This document shows positions 39,701 through 52,246 of a stretch of 64,000 bases of DNA, one piece after another. This DNA comes from Lama glama (taxonomy: Eukaryota). Both the position numbers and the translations under genes were made by a program. The notes beneath the pieces are model-generated. The model was not told the DNA's origin and did not search any database. It worked only from the letters and a program-made list of their open reading frames with translations. Location of the stretch: contig CM052817.1 in the NCBI GenBank assembly GCA_028534125.1, positions 124,001 to 188,000 on the forward strand. The letters are read 5' to 3'. The stretch's first letter is position 1. Each line of letters begins with the position of its first letter.

Positions 39701-40839
39701 TGTGGGCGGGGCTGCGGCCTGTCCGAGCCCCACACGTGTGTCTGACTGTGGCCAGCTTTTCCCTCATAAGAGCTGCAGGCAGTGGCTTGCTCGTGGCTGG
39801 ACGGACAGTCGTGGCACCCTGTTCCGTTGATGGTCATGGGCGGGGTTTGCCGTCTGGGGCAAGGATGCCTGCAGGGCGGGTCCCTCACCTGCAGGGGGAG
39901 CAGGCCACTCCGGCTGGAGCCCTCATGTCTCCTAAGGCTTAAAGTTGTGCGTTTCACATTTGGTCTCCGTCACCTAGAGCTGGTTTTTGAGGATGAGGAA
40001 CAGGGAGCCTGGTGGAGTTTGGTTTTCTTTCAGTTTCACCACCAGGAATGATGTGTGTTGTAGTTTTTTTGTTTTGGGTTTTTTTGGGTAAAGCACACTT
40101 TTATGGAGACATCGTTTACGTGCACTAAAGCTCCCTGGTTTGATGTGCAGTTGCTGTCCAGTCACCTGACTGCACCCCAGTCCCAACCTGCCCTGGACGT
40201 GTCAGTGGGGACATGCATTTCTTCCCTGCCCCTGCCACATGGCTGGGCTCTTTCCCACCTGCTGACCTCGCTGCGGCTGCAGGGCTGCTGGGACAAAGCT
40301 TCGAACGTCAGGCACAGACCTTGGAGCGGGTTCTGTATTAGTGTCTCTTAAGTGAAGAACCTTCATCGGGTGCGGACATTTCCTTCTGTTCTTCATTTGC
40401 TAAGAGATTTTTAAATATCATGAATGGATGATGAATTTCATTAAATGATTTCTATGTGCCTTTGGGAAGGTCTTATCATTTCTCTTCTTTTATCTTTTGT
40501 CACAAATTCGATTTATTTCTTACATTGAGCCCACTGCATTCTGGGTGACCCTTCTGTTCATGCTGGGCAAGATGTCAGATTGTCACACTTGGTCTGTTTG
40601 TCCCCCCAGTTCTGCTCTCACAATGAGACACTTTCTCCCTGGTTCTCTGAGAGGGTCTGTGAAATTGGTCCCTGCTCGCAGGTTTCATGGAACTGTCCTG
40701 AGTCAGATTCCTTGGAGTTAAAGAACTTTCCAGTTTGTTTATTTCTACTTGCCTCAACTGTGATGAGTTATTTTTCTAGAAATTCATCAATTTCTATAAA
40801 GTTTCAACTTTACAAGCATAAAGTTGTTCATGACATTCT

Positions 40840-41075
40840 GTTATTACTGAAATGTCACCTCCTCAAGGAAGTCCTCCCTGACCACCCTGTTCTCCCCACC
40901 AGGGCTCCCGACCCTCTTTCCTGCTCTTACCCGTGCTGTTTGTCACCTCTGATGTCCAGAGAATCTGTCTCTCTGTGCACGTAGTGTTTCTTGTCTGTCT
41001 CCCTCTGTTAGAATGTAGGCTCCGGGGATTTGTGTGTCTTTTGTTCCCTGTTGTCCAAGAGTGCATGTCAGCAGT
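40840..41075 (+). mobile_element. LINE-2 3' fragment, preceded by old antisense L1-like sequence (about 40380-40830)
   Basis: aatgtcacctcctcaaggaagtcctccctgaccacc...ttagaatgtaggctcc is typical of L2. Confidence 0.65.
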
Positions 41076-41973
41076 CTGCACTGTGTTGCTAAATTAAGCA
41101 AAGTGCACTGAGAGATTCCACGGTCACAGTAGCCAGAGTTCAAGGGCTCAGTGGCCACTGCGTGACCAGCAAGTGGAGAGGTTTCCACCCCCACGGACAG
41201 TTCTGGTCTAGACCCACATTCATGTCTCTTCATCTATGTTCTCTCGTTAAGGGCCTTTTAATCTTCCCGAATAACTATCTTCCTCCACCTCTCCCTTCCT
41301 CTCTTCCTTTCTCTTGCGGAAGTTAATTGAGCTTCAAAGACTAGTTAACACAACATGCAGTTACGGAGAAACTTGGAGGGTAAAAGTGACACAAACTGGA
41401 TGCACTGCGAACGTCACTTAAGCCTCTGTCAGGCCCTTGTCCCCAGATCATGGGTAGCCACTGCCGTGGAACCACAGGCGCCTCGCGTGGTGTCGGGCTC
41501 AGCCCCTCTCCTGCCTGCAAGGTGGGAGGCCTCGGATCTCCGGCAGGCCTGGGGAGCACGGCAGGCAAGTGGGCAGCCTGCCGAGGTCCCCGAGGCCCCG
41601 ACCAAGCCGCGTGACCCTGCGGTCCCCAGCCCTCAGAGCGTCTGGTGGAGTCCCTGCCTGCCCCCCCATCAGCCCCTGGGCCTCGGTGCCACCCAGCTGC
41701 CACCAAGACCTGCCCGTGTCTCCGTGGTTCGTGCTGGTGTTTTACTGTCATTCAGTTTTGCTTTTCTTCTGATTGTTTTAAGCAGGTGAACGAACAGACC
41801 TATTTAACTGAGCAGCCAAAGCTCCAGGTCCAGTGGGGCCAGGCTCCGTGTGGACGGCCCGTGTGGGTGACGCCCCGGTCCCGGGTGTCTCCACGGGCTT
41901 CAACATGTAGCAGAGGACGAGGTTGTGTGTACAGGTGAGTGCAGTTTGAACTTTGACTTTTCTCCTCTTTCAG

Positions 41974-42172
41974 TGCTTGCGAATTGATTAAATTTGCCTT
42001 GAATTACACTTCACGAGTATATTGTAGCCATAGGAGAAGTTGGCTCCGTGTAACTCCTTTAAAGTGTCATCTCTGGGGCACAAACACTTGTGCGTATTCA
42101 GATTTTCTCCTGAGTGATGTTCCTGATTGACCGTTGCACTGTTGGCCATGTGGGACTCATCCATAAGTACTG
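41974..42172 (+). other. PCGF3: Candidate non-coding 5'UTR exon of PCGF3
   Basis: Strong acceptor ttttctcctctttcag ending at 41973; donor G|GTAAGA at 42173; unique AT-richer sequence. Confidence 0.4.
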
Positions 42173-45081
42173 GTAAGAACTTCACTACAAGACTGTGTGT
42201 GTCACACGTGAATGATGTGGAAGTCAGTAGCAGGAGCCGTTTCTGTGCTAGAAATGGGAAGAGGAGGAGAGACGGAAGGAAGGCCCCGAGGTGAGGAGCC
42301 AGAGCGCAGAGGGGACGGCGGATGAGGGGACGGCGGATGAGGAGCCGCCGAGTCATGGCCATAGCCCAGGCGCCAGTGCAGAGGCAGGAGGAGGGGACGG
42401 CGCCGTCTAGCGGAGGTGGGGGACGTGGCTTTCTTGGGCCCGCTCTGCCCCGTCTGGGGAAGCATCTGAGGGGCCGGCCCGGGCCTGCAGTTTTGTGGAA
42501 GGCACAGGACAGGCAGCCTTGAGCCGATGCCCCAGTCCAGTCCAGGTGGGCCCCACTCAGTGTGCGGTGTCGGTGTCGGTGTCTGGTGTCTGGTGTCTGG
42601 TGTCGGATGCTGTGCAGAGCCTGAGAGCGAGGGGGCTGGATGGGACCCTCCTGAGGTGGTGGTGACAGGGTCCCAGCTGAGCGCAGCTGCTCCTGCACCC
42701 GAGGCCGGCAGAGCCCCAGCCTCTGACTGTGGGTGGTTACCGAGCAGGTAACCAGGCCAGTCTCGGCTGGCCCTCAGCAGGTGCTTCGTCTTTCCTGGTC
42801 TCTGTGCCCCTGACGGTGTTACGGAGGGGCCTCACCTACTCGGGGCTTGTTTGCCGTCCCCGCGGGCTCCCGCAAGGGCGTGCGGCTCCCGCCTGAGGCC
42901 CCGCCCTCCCTTGCAGCTGCAGGTGTCCAGCGAGGGTCCTTGGAGACTGTATGGCTCCGCTGGCCGCTCACCAGTGTCCCTGAGTGGGTCACTGCAGGTG
43001 CTGTCTTGGGGTGACCTCACAGTCCCCTCCTGTCTGTCGGCCCACACTCGTCTGTGAGGAAGGGTGTCCCTTGCTTGTCTGCCTGTCCGTCTGTGTGGCC
43101 TTACAGGCCTTGTGTTGCTCCGTTGGTTACAAGTAGTGGCGACAGTTGTCCCCAGCCTGAGCACAGCGGCCCCTTGTCCAGCCCTGGGTCGGCCGCATGT
43201 CCAGGCTGCACCAGCTCCTCGTGCGGACAGTGATGTGCGCACACGAGGCCCCGGGGCCACCCAGGAGTGGTCACTTCTAGGCCCCCTCAGCAGACAGAGC
43301 TGGGAAGTGGGTGGGTGAGTCCACCCCACCCTCGCCCCCGCCCCCACCCCCACCTCCGCGCAGGAGGCGTGGAGCCCGGCCCCCGGTCTGTGTGACTTTG
43401 GAGCTGGTTTGGTTCTGGTCTGGCTGTTGGGTTGGTGGTGGGTGTGAGTGTGTCTCGTGTGTGAACAGCACCCCCAAGATGGGGCCGGGTGCTGGGCCTG
43501 GTCAGGTCGGCTGCGGAGGAACGTCCCCAGTGGGCGCACTCCTGTGCTGCTTTGCTTTGCTTGGGAGCGGCTCCAGGGCTTCTGTCCTCTGAGTGCTCGT
43601 TCCCAGCGCTTCCTGCTCCGCCGACGAGCCTGACCCTCCTCACGGATCCCGGGCCAGCCAAGCCCCCGTGAGAGCCCCTCCCACCGAGCCCCTCCAGTCT
43701 CTCCTGTCTGGTGGGGGCCGCGTCTGCTCCTGTGCTCGAGGGGAGGGCAGACCCGGGTAAGCGAGCACATGTGCCCGCCTCCTGCCTCACTGCCTGGACC
43801 TAGCGTGTCGCTGCTCCTTCTCTAAGCGCACTGAGTCTGCGGCCTTGCTGACCACCTCAGTTTGCTCCGATGGTTGGTTCTGGTGGGTTTCTGCCCAGGT
43901 GACGAGATCATCTCCTGGCAGCCCCTCCCCTCCGGGCCCTGCACTGCCTCTCAAGCCGTGAGGCCTCGTCCGCCCAGAGGTCTCCTTTCCTTTGCCTTTT
44001 CTTAAACAGCACTGGACGCAAGCGTGTCTGCGGGGCAGCCCGCGAGCTGCGTGCGCTGTGGCCACTGGCCGAGGCTGAGCCTGCACCCCAGAGGAGCCTT
44101 GGGCCTTCCTAGGTCTGTGCCTCTGTCTCCAGAGGCAGCGCATTTCTGTCTGTGCAGCCCTGTTGGGGATGCTCGTCTTGAAGCTTGTCCTCGGACCCTG
44201 CTCGGTGTCAGCATTCAGGCGAGTCTCCTACCTCTGCTGCAGCCGATCACCAGGAACCTAGTGGCTGAAGCCACGCAGGCCTCTCACCTACCGGCGCTGC
44301 AGGCCAGGGGTCCCAGACCAGGCGTGGGTGGGCTGCCTCTGCTGGGGGCTCCGGGGAGAGCCCTTCCTCTGCTTCCTGGCACACACTGTATCAGGCCAGA
44401 CAAAGCCTCATGAGCCTGCGGTCCAGCTGGAGAGACGGTCAGAGCTGCCACAGCTCAGGGGCACCCCCGGCCACCTGGGCGGGGAAGAGGTGTCCACACT
44501 CTGGGGCACATGCTTGGACTTCTGTGATGTCATGTGTGTGCTGTGCTTCCCCCAGTGGGCGGGGACATTGCCTGCTCTCTGTGGTCACCTTTACGGAGGG
44601 CCCGGAAGCTCCAGCAGACCCCTCAGCCCCTTACCCAGGCCCAGCGAGGCCTGCCTGCTCCCTGGCCCCTCCTCCCGCAGCTCCACAAACCTTCCATCCA
44701 GCTCCCCAGCTGACCTTGCTCGGTTCCGAGCAGGAGGAGAGGGTGGGGGCTCGGAAAGAGGGCAGTGCCACAGGGGTTTTAGGAAAGAGTGCTTGCAGAG
44801 TGCTTGTTACGGGCCCCTCGGAGAGCACTGCTCGGGGGTGGGGGGAGGACAGTCCCAGCCGTCCTCCGGGAGGTGGGAGGCGGCTGGCCTTAGTGAGGAC
44901 AGAGGCCTCACAGATGGAGGCCACGCCCCAGGGCCTGCATGCACCCTGCCTCTGGCCTCCTCACCTGCGCTCCTCCCGGTCAGACTGTAACTTGTTTACA
45001 CTGAACCTGAACCTTTGTTGAGACCCATTAGAGAATTTCAGATACCAGTTAATACACGTTTCTCTCTTGCAGAAGCCAAAG

Positions 45082-45190
45082 ATGTTGACCAGAAAGATTA
45101 AACTCTGGGACATAAACGCCCACATCACCTGCCGCCTGTGCAGCGGGTATCTCATCGACGCCACCACGGTGACCGAGTGTCTTCACACGT
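45082..45190 (+). CDS. PCGF3: PCGF3 first coding exon ([36 protein letters not shown]), RING domain
   Basis: Acceptor 45071-45072, ATG at 45082, GT at 45191; matches the PCGF3 N-terminus. Confidence 0.97.
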
Positions 45191-46068
45191 GTACGTGCAG
45201 AATGTTCTGTGTGCTACTTGGTACTTTGGCTTTTTTACCAAAAGCTTTTAGCTCCAGCACAAAGCAGGCAGTGGGGTTAGGTGGTCCTGAAGGTGAAGGA
45301 GAAAAATGGCGTGAAGTCGCTTCAGCAGAGATGTCGCGTGAGGCAGCTGAAGAAGCACAGGGAGCAGCGAGGTGCTTCAATGCAGCGGCTGAACCGCTGT
45401 GTGTGGAGCGGCCGAGTGTTCCTTTCCAGTGGAGAGCACTGTTTGCTTTTGCAATTTCCAGGCCAACGCTGTAGGTGTTTTAAACAAGGAGCCTGGTGTC
45501 CTCCTTGCGGCCGGCCACCTGGCTTTGCTTTAGACAGTTAGCTTGTGCAGAGCGCCGCCTCAGCTGTCTGTAGACCCCGCTTTACTCGGGGCTCATCCGT
45601 GAGGACGCGGGTGAGGAGCCCACCTGCAGAGGCCCAGGGCATTTCCCTGGACGGGTCTTTACCCTTAACACCGATGACTGATCTTGTATTTTCACTGTAG
45701 GAAATCAAAGATTTGCCAGTTTTGATCAAATCTTTATTTTAAGGTTAATTCAATTTTTGGATATTGGCTGACAATATTTTGTTATTTCGTTGAACTTTGT
45801 CTCATTTTGTTTTATGAAGAAACTTGGGTGGTCTTTTAGCTTGAGGAATTAGCCCCTGGCGCGGGTGTCCACACGGGCCGCTGACGATGTGTCTTCTGGT
45901 CCCGCATCCCCACTAGGATTTCTCTCCCTCCTGGGTCCTGAGCCTCAGCTCTGTCACGGGGGCGGAGGTGGGCGCCTCACCAGAGTGCTGCAGGGTTGCG
46001 GGGTCCCTGTGGCCTCCGCCCGTGCCCCCTCCCCTCTGACACTGGGCTCGCCTCCCCCCACCCCACAG

Positions 46069-46165
46069 TCTGCCGGAGCTGCCTGGTGAAGTACCTGGAG
46101 GAGAACAACACCTGCCCCACCTGCAGGATCGTCATCCACCAGAGCCACCCCCTGCAGTACATCGG
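46069..46165 (+). CDS. PCGF3: PCGF3 exon (FCRSCLVKYLEENNTCPTCRIVIHQSHPLQYIG), second half of RING
   Basis: AG acceptor and GTGAGT donor, 97 nt, completes the C3HC4 pattern. Confidence 0.97.
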
Positions 46166-46742
46166 GTGAGTGGCCCGCGGAGCTTCTGCTGCCCCAGAAA
46201 CCCGAGTCCGAGCCTTTGCGAGACCTCAGGACCCGCTGGCCTGGCTGTGGTTTCCTCTGCGGTGGCAGCGGCCCTGCGACCCACCTTTCTGCCGAGGATC
46301 TCGGCCCCTGTGCCACCCCCGGGGTCCTGGGGGCCGTGAGTCAGGCCACAGAGGCGGGAGTTTTGGCCTGTGGCCCTCGGGCAGATCAGGGGCTGTGGAA
46401 AGAAGCAGAGCCACTCGCACATGGGTTCAGGAGGAGAGGCCCGTGTGCTGGTCTCTCCGGATGCACAGGTGTGTCCTGTGTGCCCGCGGGAGGCCTTAGA
46501 GATGTGGGAGAAGCGAAATGCTCTGCAGAGGGAGGCTGCTCGCAGCCCCAGAGCCCGGGCCCATCCTCTCTGTGCCTCATCTTGACTCCCCTGCTCCCCA
46601 CGCTGGAGGCCTCCACTGTGGGCTCTCAGGTGCCGGGCCGTGAGCCACGTGCCTCCCCGGCTACACCTGGCCTTCGGGGTGGCTCTTTCCTGGTAACCCT
46701 GTCCCTCAACCCTTGTGGTCAGAACCACACAGGCCCGGAGTT

Positions 46743-46820
46743 GTCATCTGGCCAGAGTGATCATCCGGTCAGAGTGGTCATCTGGCCAGAGTGGCCATCC
46801 AGTTGGAGTGGTCATCTGGT
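46743..46820. repeat. 17-bp minisatellite (GTCATCTGGCCAGAGTG), about 4.6 copies
   Basis: Units start at 46743, 46760, 46777, 46794 and 46811. Confidence 0.85.
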
Positions 46821-47841
46821 AGCACCCATCGTTGTACCAGGCTGGTTCAGAGCCTTGTTCCTGATGTGGCCTTCCACTCCGCCCAGACCCCGCAGTTGCC
46901 TGGGAGGCCTCCAGCTTCAGGGTAGGGCTGTGAGGGGGCTGGTAGCAGGGCCTGGCATCTGCACTCACAGACCCAGACCGTGACTGAGGACAGGAGGAGA
47001 GCTCTCAGGGTCTGGGGGTCAGTGAGGCAGCCCTGTACCCCTCAGGCCCCTCTTACAGCCGAGAGCTTCTGTCTTGTGGGCTGGTGGAGACCATGACCAT
47101 GAAGAGGTGAGGGGTGTAGCCTCTAGCTCGGAGCAGGCGTGGGGCCATTTCAGGGGCTCCCACACCAGGGGCCTGGGTGGGACTGGCCCCGGGAGGAATG
47201 TTCCCTCCCCAGCTTGCAGTTCCCTGACAAGAGATTCCCCCAGACCCTCCACTCCAGCCCCGTGGGCCCTCGCCAGGCTGGGGGGCCCAGATGTCGAGCA
47301 GTGGGGCAGCGGTTCTGCCTGGCGCCCCATCCTTGTGTGGGGGGGTGAGCTTTACGAGGAGCCGGTGGGGTCAGTAGGAAACGGTGAGGGTACCGTGGGT
47401 TCTGAAGGTCCGCGGTGTCTGCACGTCTGTGTGTGTGCGTGTTTCCCGTGATGCGAAATGTGCTGCTCAGCAAGGATCACGATCAGGAAAGTTGGAGAAG
47501 CCCTCTCTAACCCGGCGCTCCACAGGCCCCGGGGACCCTCGGAGCCTGGCGTCTGTCAGAGGTTGGCAAGCCCAGCGGGCAGAGAGCCCGCGTCACCAAA
47601 AGGGTCTTGTCTGTGTCATTGTTTGAAATGTTCGTAAGCGTCTAGAACCCAAATTAAATGATGCATTAATTCAGGCTACATGTAATTCTTCCTAGCACAG
47701 ACTTTTTAAGTGCAAACTGGAAGCAAAATTCAACCAGAACTCCAAATTTGTGATTGTGGACTTTGACACTGTTAGGTGGAAAATGTGTGAGTTACAGAAT
47801 TGCCATTTCGAGCTAACCCACCTGTTGTGTTTTTTTGCCAG

Positions 47842-47897
47842 TCATGACAGGACCATGCAGGATATTGTTTACAAACTGGTCCCAGGCCTCCAAGAAG
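47842..47897 (+). CDS. PCGF3: PCGF3 exon (HDRTMQDIVYKLVPGLQE)
   Basis: AG acceptor and GTAAGT donor, 56 nt. Confidence 0.97.
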
Positions 47898-50179
47898 GTA
47901 AGTGTCAGAGCGCCCACAGACCCCCATGTCTGCAGCATGGCCTCCGAGGGCTTTTCTCTGACTGCAGGGCCCTTCTGGCCACACCACCTTCACGCTTATC
48001 CCTGCTCTGAGCTCCCTTGTCTCTCACGCCTCCGCCCCTTCGTTCAGGACAGCACAGTTGGTGCTTGGGCGGTGCTTGGGCGGTGGGGGTGCAGCAGGGA
48101 GCCGGGGTGGAGGTGCAGCCAGGAGCGCGTCAGTGAAGCTTGGCTATTTATTGCCGAATCTCACAAGAATTAAAAAGAAATACTGTGTAGTCTGAACGCC
48201 CTGAAAGTGGAAGTGGCTGTTCTTTCTAAAACTTGCCCGCAGTGCTGCACGCAGACTCTGTCCTGCTCTTGGTGAGGGGGCCGGCGGCCTCAGAATCCCG
48301 CCCGGTGTGGGTGGTGGCTGGTGGCTGGTGAGGCAGTGCCAGCCAGTGAAAGCTAGCCGCAGCTTTCTTCCAGAGATAAGCGATGTGAGGAATTCATTTG
48401 GGCTGTGTCTTCTCATTGTTGTTTCAGAAAAGGGGGTAATTTATTTAAAATACAGCTTCCTGTGGTAGGTCAACAGATGTCACATCTGGCCTTCAGTACG
48501 TAACTTCGGGAGTAATGTTGTCTTCTTCCAGTGTTCGCGGAATTCATTCATACAAGAGTTAAATTTCCTGAGTAAATGTAGATAGGAAGAAATCTTTTGA
48601 TCCCTGAAGGGCTTTTATTTCTGCAAAAAGGCAAAGAATGCATGAAGATAAAATCCTGAGACCTTTAAAAGTTATTGTAGGGCATTTAAAACATGCAGAA
48701 GGCAAAAATCTCGAGAAGAACCCCACGCCTTTGTGACCCAGGGTCAGGAGTCGCCGCCTTGCGGTGCGGCCTGTTTCTCTGCCCACCCCGCCCCCCGCCC
48801 ACCTCTTACTTCATCTGCGTACATTGCCATTTGTGTCCCCGAAGAGGGTTCTCCTCAGAACTCGGAACCACCACCCTGGTCGGCGTGGGCGCCCCGCCGT
48901 CTCCCGGGGTCTGGTGTGTGTCTGTCAGGGTCCAGATCAGGCCGCCGCGGCCCCTCCGCGGTCCCTGAGGACCCCTGTCCCATGAGCCGGTGGGGTCGAG
49001 AGGCCCGATCGGACTCTGGCGCACGTTCTCCAGGCTAGCTCCCCGTGGAGCTCCAGGCGGTTGTTCCATCAGGTCGCCCCCCCCCCCCGTGGGTGATCCT
49101 GGCCGCCAGGCCCCGCAGAGCCGCAGCCGGGATTCCTCATGGCCGCACAGCCTGCCCTGCAGTCTGTTTTCCTTCTCCACTGACGAGGGCTGCTTCCATG
49201 AAGACACACTCTCTCCTTGGTTTCCCTGAGGTCCTTCCTCTCTGTGCGGAAACGGAAACACAGAGCGAATATGTGAGGTTTTCCTATATTTGTTTATATT
49301 TGAAATTGTAGAGATTCCAGAATTCTCCAAGTTCATGCTCTGATGCCCAGGACAGCCCCAGCTCTGCCCTCAGACCAGGGTATTTTCTGGTCTGGTAGGC
49401 AAGTGATTGGTTTCTCTGCTTCTCAAACTTTCAGTCCTTTGTTGCTCTTTTGAAGATCATTGTAACTTTGAAATCCTTGACAGCGGGACCGATGTCTCTG
49501 GACATCGCAGGCTGTCTGCAGCTTTGGTTTTGTCGTGACAACGTTGTAAAGCTGGCCTCCCAGGCAGGGCCTCTCTCAGGTCCTCCGGACGAGCCAGGTG
49601 CGTTTCACCCTGATGTCCGGCCGAGAGACGGAGCAGTGATGGGCCGGGGTGTGTCTTGGAGAGTGGCGGCCTGCCCTCCACAGCCCCTTTGAGCTGTTCC
49701 CCTGTGACCAGGCCTACTTGTGGCATCCAGCCTCCCACACATTTTGGGAAATAAAATCAGCGGCTTTGTGGACTCAGTGGGTTGCTGGCTGGCTCCGTTT
49801 TTCTGTGCCCTTGTAGATGAGACCTTTTTGACGGGAAACTAGTTTTTCATCATTTGTTGTTTTTGTTTCTATAGTTTTTTAAAAACCTCTTTTGCCAGAG
49901 GCCACATCTTTACCTATAAACTCGATCAAGTTGTCAGTGCGTCACGCTGCCCCTCGGGTCCCTCCCTCTGCATGGACTGTCCGTCCCACCTCTCCCGACA
50001 GACACTGAGGTGTGCCTCAGTTTTGCTCTAACGTAGGGCAGGGGCGCAGGGAATGCCCTTCTACAGACGGTGTGGACGTCTGTGACTTCAGTGAACACAC
50101 CTGTGGCGTTGCTTTGGAAGGGGAACTGCTTCAGCCACGATCTGCATTGTTCTTTCTCTGCCTCTGCGCCCTGGCAAGA

Positions 50180-51330
50180 CAGGAGTCAGCAAACCGTGGC
50201 CACAGACCAGATCAGCCCTCCTGTCTGTGTGTGGCTCTGGAGCTAAGAGTGCTTTGTACATTTTTAAATAGTTGGGAAAACTTCTTTAAAATGGTATTTT
50301 GTGGTGTGACAATTTCACGAGCTGAAATGTCCAAGAACGGTTTGTGGGGACGGACACAGCCCCGCCTGGTGACCCACGTCTGTGTCACACTCGACGGCAC
50401 AGCGGCAATCTGACCGCCAGCCCAGAGCCGTGTTGCGGGTCAGACCGTTCCAGCGCCAGCACCGGCCATGTGGAAAGCGGCAGAGCAGGGAAGCGGGGAT
50501 GGAGGCCTCAGGCTTTTCAGCCACAAGCACATGTGGACGGTTTTGCTACAGGATTGTCCTTGTCAGCTGTGGAAGCATCCTGTTTGTCTTGCGCTGATGC
50601 TCCGTCTGTGCCGAAATACAAGGGTATAAGATGTGCTGGCATCAGACCAGACCACTCAGAGGAAGCAACTTTTGGAAAGAATCGAAAATTTAAAATGGAA
50701 TGTCTCATCACAGCAGAATTTCTTCACAAAAATAAAAAAGAGCATGAAAGTGCAATCAAAGTAAGTTTCTGATGGGCTCATCTGTTAGTCAAACTAGGAG
50801 AATCATTTACGGATAAGGAGCTAATTAAACCCTGCAGCAGCTGAGGGGTCTGTGCAAAGCAGGCAGGGCGGGCAGGGGCTGTCGGGAACAGCAGGCGGGT
50901 GGCTGGGGGCTCCTGGGCTCTGGGCGCCCCTGCGTCTGCTTGCTGTGCGCACGGTGGGTTTGAGATGATGGGAGGGTCTGCCCTGTGCAGTCTGTAGGAC
51001 TCGGCCGCAGGCGAGGGTTTTTGGGGAAATTGAGGAAATGCTGATCAGTACAGGACGAAGCGGAATCTGCTAAGAATGTTACAACCAGTGTTGGTAAAAT
51101 ACATGTGGGTCACGGAAATGCTTAGTTGGACAAATTAGCCAAACGTGAAAATTAAGGTTTTCGATGAAAGCTCATCACGTTTCTCGTCTGCCGGCTCCGC
51201 GCAGAAATACTTGGGTCTCTCATACGTTCTGAAACAAGCGGTTGACATCACTCTTGGGTGTAGTTCACTTGAGTGAATTTCTATGAGAACTGAAAGCTGA
51301 ATATCCCAGCTTTCCCTCCCCACTGTACTT
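50180..51330 (+). mobile_element. hAT-Charlie DNA transposon relic (MER58/Cheshire-like end plus decayed internal sequence)
   Basis: caggagtcagcaaac end; gagctaagagtgctttgtacatttttaaatagttgg; transposase-like AT-rich stretches at 50660-50830 and 51060-51160. Confidence 0.6.
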
Positions 51331-51746
51331 CAGAGCCTTCGCGGTGGTGGTTTGTCTGGGGGGCGGAGGGGTTGAGCTAAGGGCTGACTGAGGTTTTTCC
51401 CGAATGGAAAGACGCACCTTTAGCCAGGCCACACCCTGAGTCGCTTCAGAGGTCAGCTTTCGCGGAAGCCCAGGTGATGTTTCTAATGAGCCCAGCCCGA
51501 CACCAGGCAGCGTGAGCAGGGGTGGACACCCTCTGAGAGAACCAAGGAGGAGGGCCGGCGGTGCAAACACAGAAACGAAGGCTCTGTTTGACAGGCTGAG
51601 TGGACTGGACACAGCCCAGGGGAGACTCTGAGCTAGAGGGCCTCTCGGTACAGACCCCGAAAACTGAAGAGCAAAGGGGCGGCGGGGCGACCTCAGAAGG
51701 TGTCACAGGCACATGGCGGGAACTCCAGAAGAGAGAGAGAGAGGAA

Positions 51747-52246
51747 NNNNNNNNNNNNNNNNNNNNNNNNNNNNNNNNNNNNNNNNNNNNNNNNNNNNNN
51801 NNNNNNNNNNNNNNNNNNNNNNNNNNNNNNNNNNNNNNNNNNNNNNNNNNNNNNNNNNNNNNNNNNNNNNNNNNNNNNNNNNNNNNNNNNNNNNNNNNNN
51901 NNNNNNNNNNNNNNNNNNNNNNNNNNNNNNNNNNNNNNNNNNNNNNNNNNNNNNNNNNNNNNNNNNNNNNNNNNNNNNNNNNNNNNNNNNNNNNNNNNNN
52001 NNNNNNNNNNNNNNNNNNNNNNNNNNNNNNNNNNNNNNNNNNNNNNNNNNNNNNNNNNNNNNNNNNNNNNNNNNNNNNNNNNNNNNNNNNNNNNNNNNNN
52101 NNNNNNNNNNNNNNNNNNNNNNNNNNNNNNNNNNNNNNNNNNNNNNNNNNNNNNNNNNNNNNNNNNNNNNNNNNNNNNNNNNNNNNNNNNNNNNNNNNNN
52201 NNNNNNNNNNNNNNNNNNNNNNNNNNNNNNNNNNNNNNNNNNNNNN
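51747..52246. other. Assembly gap (500 N)
   Basis: Run of N following a (GA)n tract. Confidence 1.

Noticed and set aside
42310..42610. 15-bp duplication (GAGGGGACGGCGGAT) and a (GGTGTC)n tract; similarly (CAGT)n near 61775-61825
   Set aside because: Ordinary slippage-derived simple repeats
42832..43770. 312-aa minus-strand ORF and many other 100-270 aa ORFs
   Set aside because: Expected from stop-codon scarcity in GC-rich DNA; no splice or domain support
46743..46820. CRISPR-like regular repeats
   Set aside because: Contiguous tandem units without unique spacers, in mammalian intronic DNA, with no cas genes
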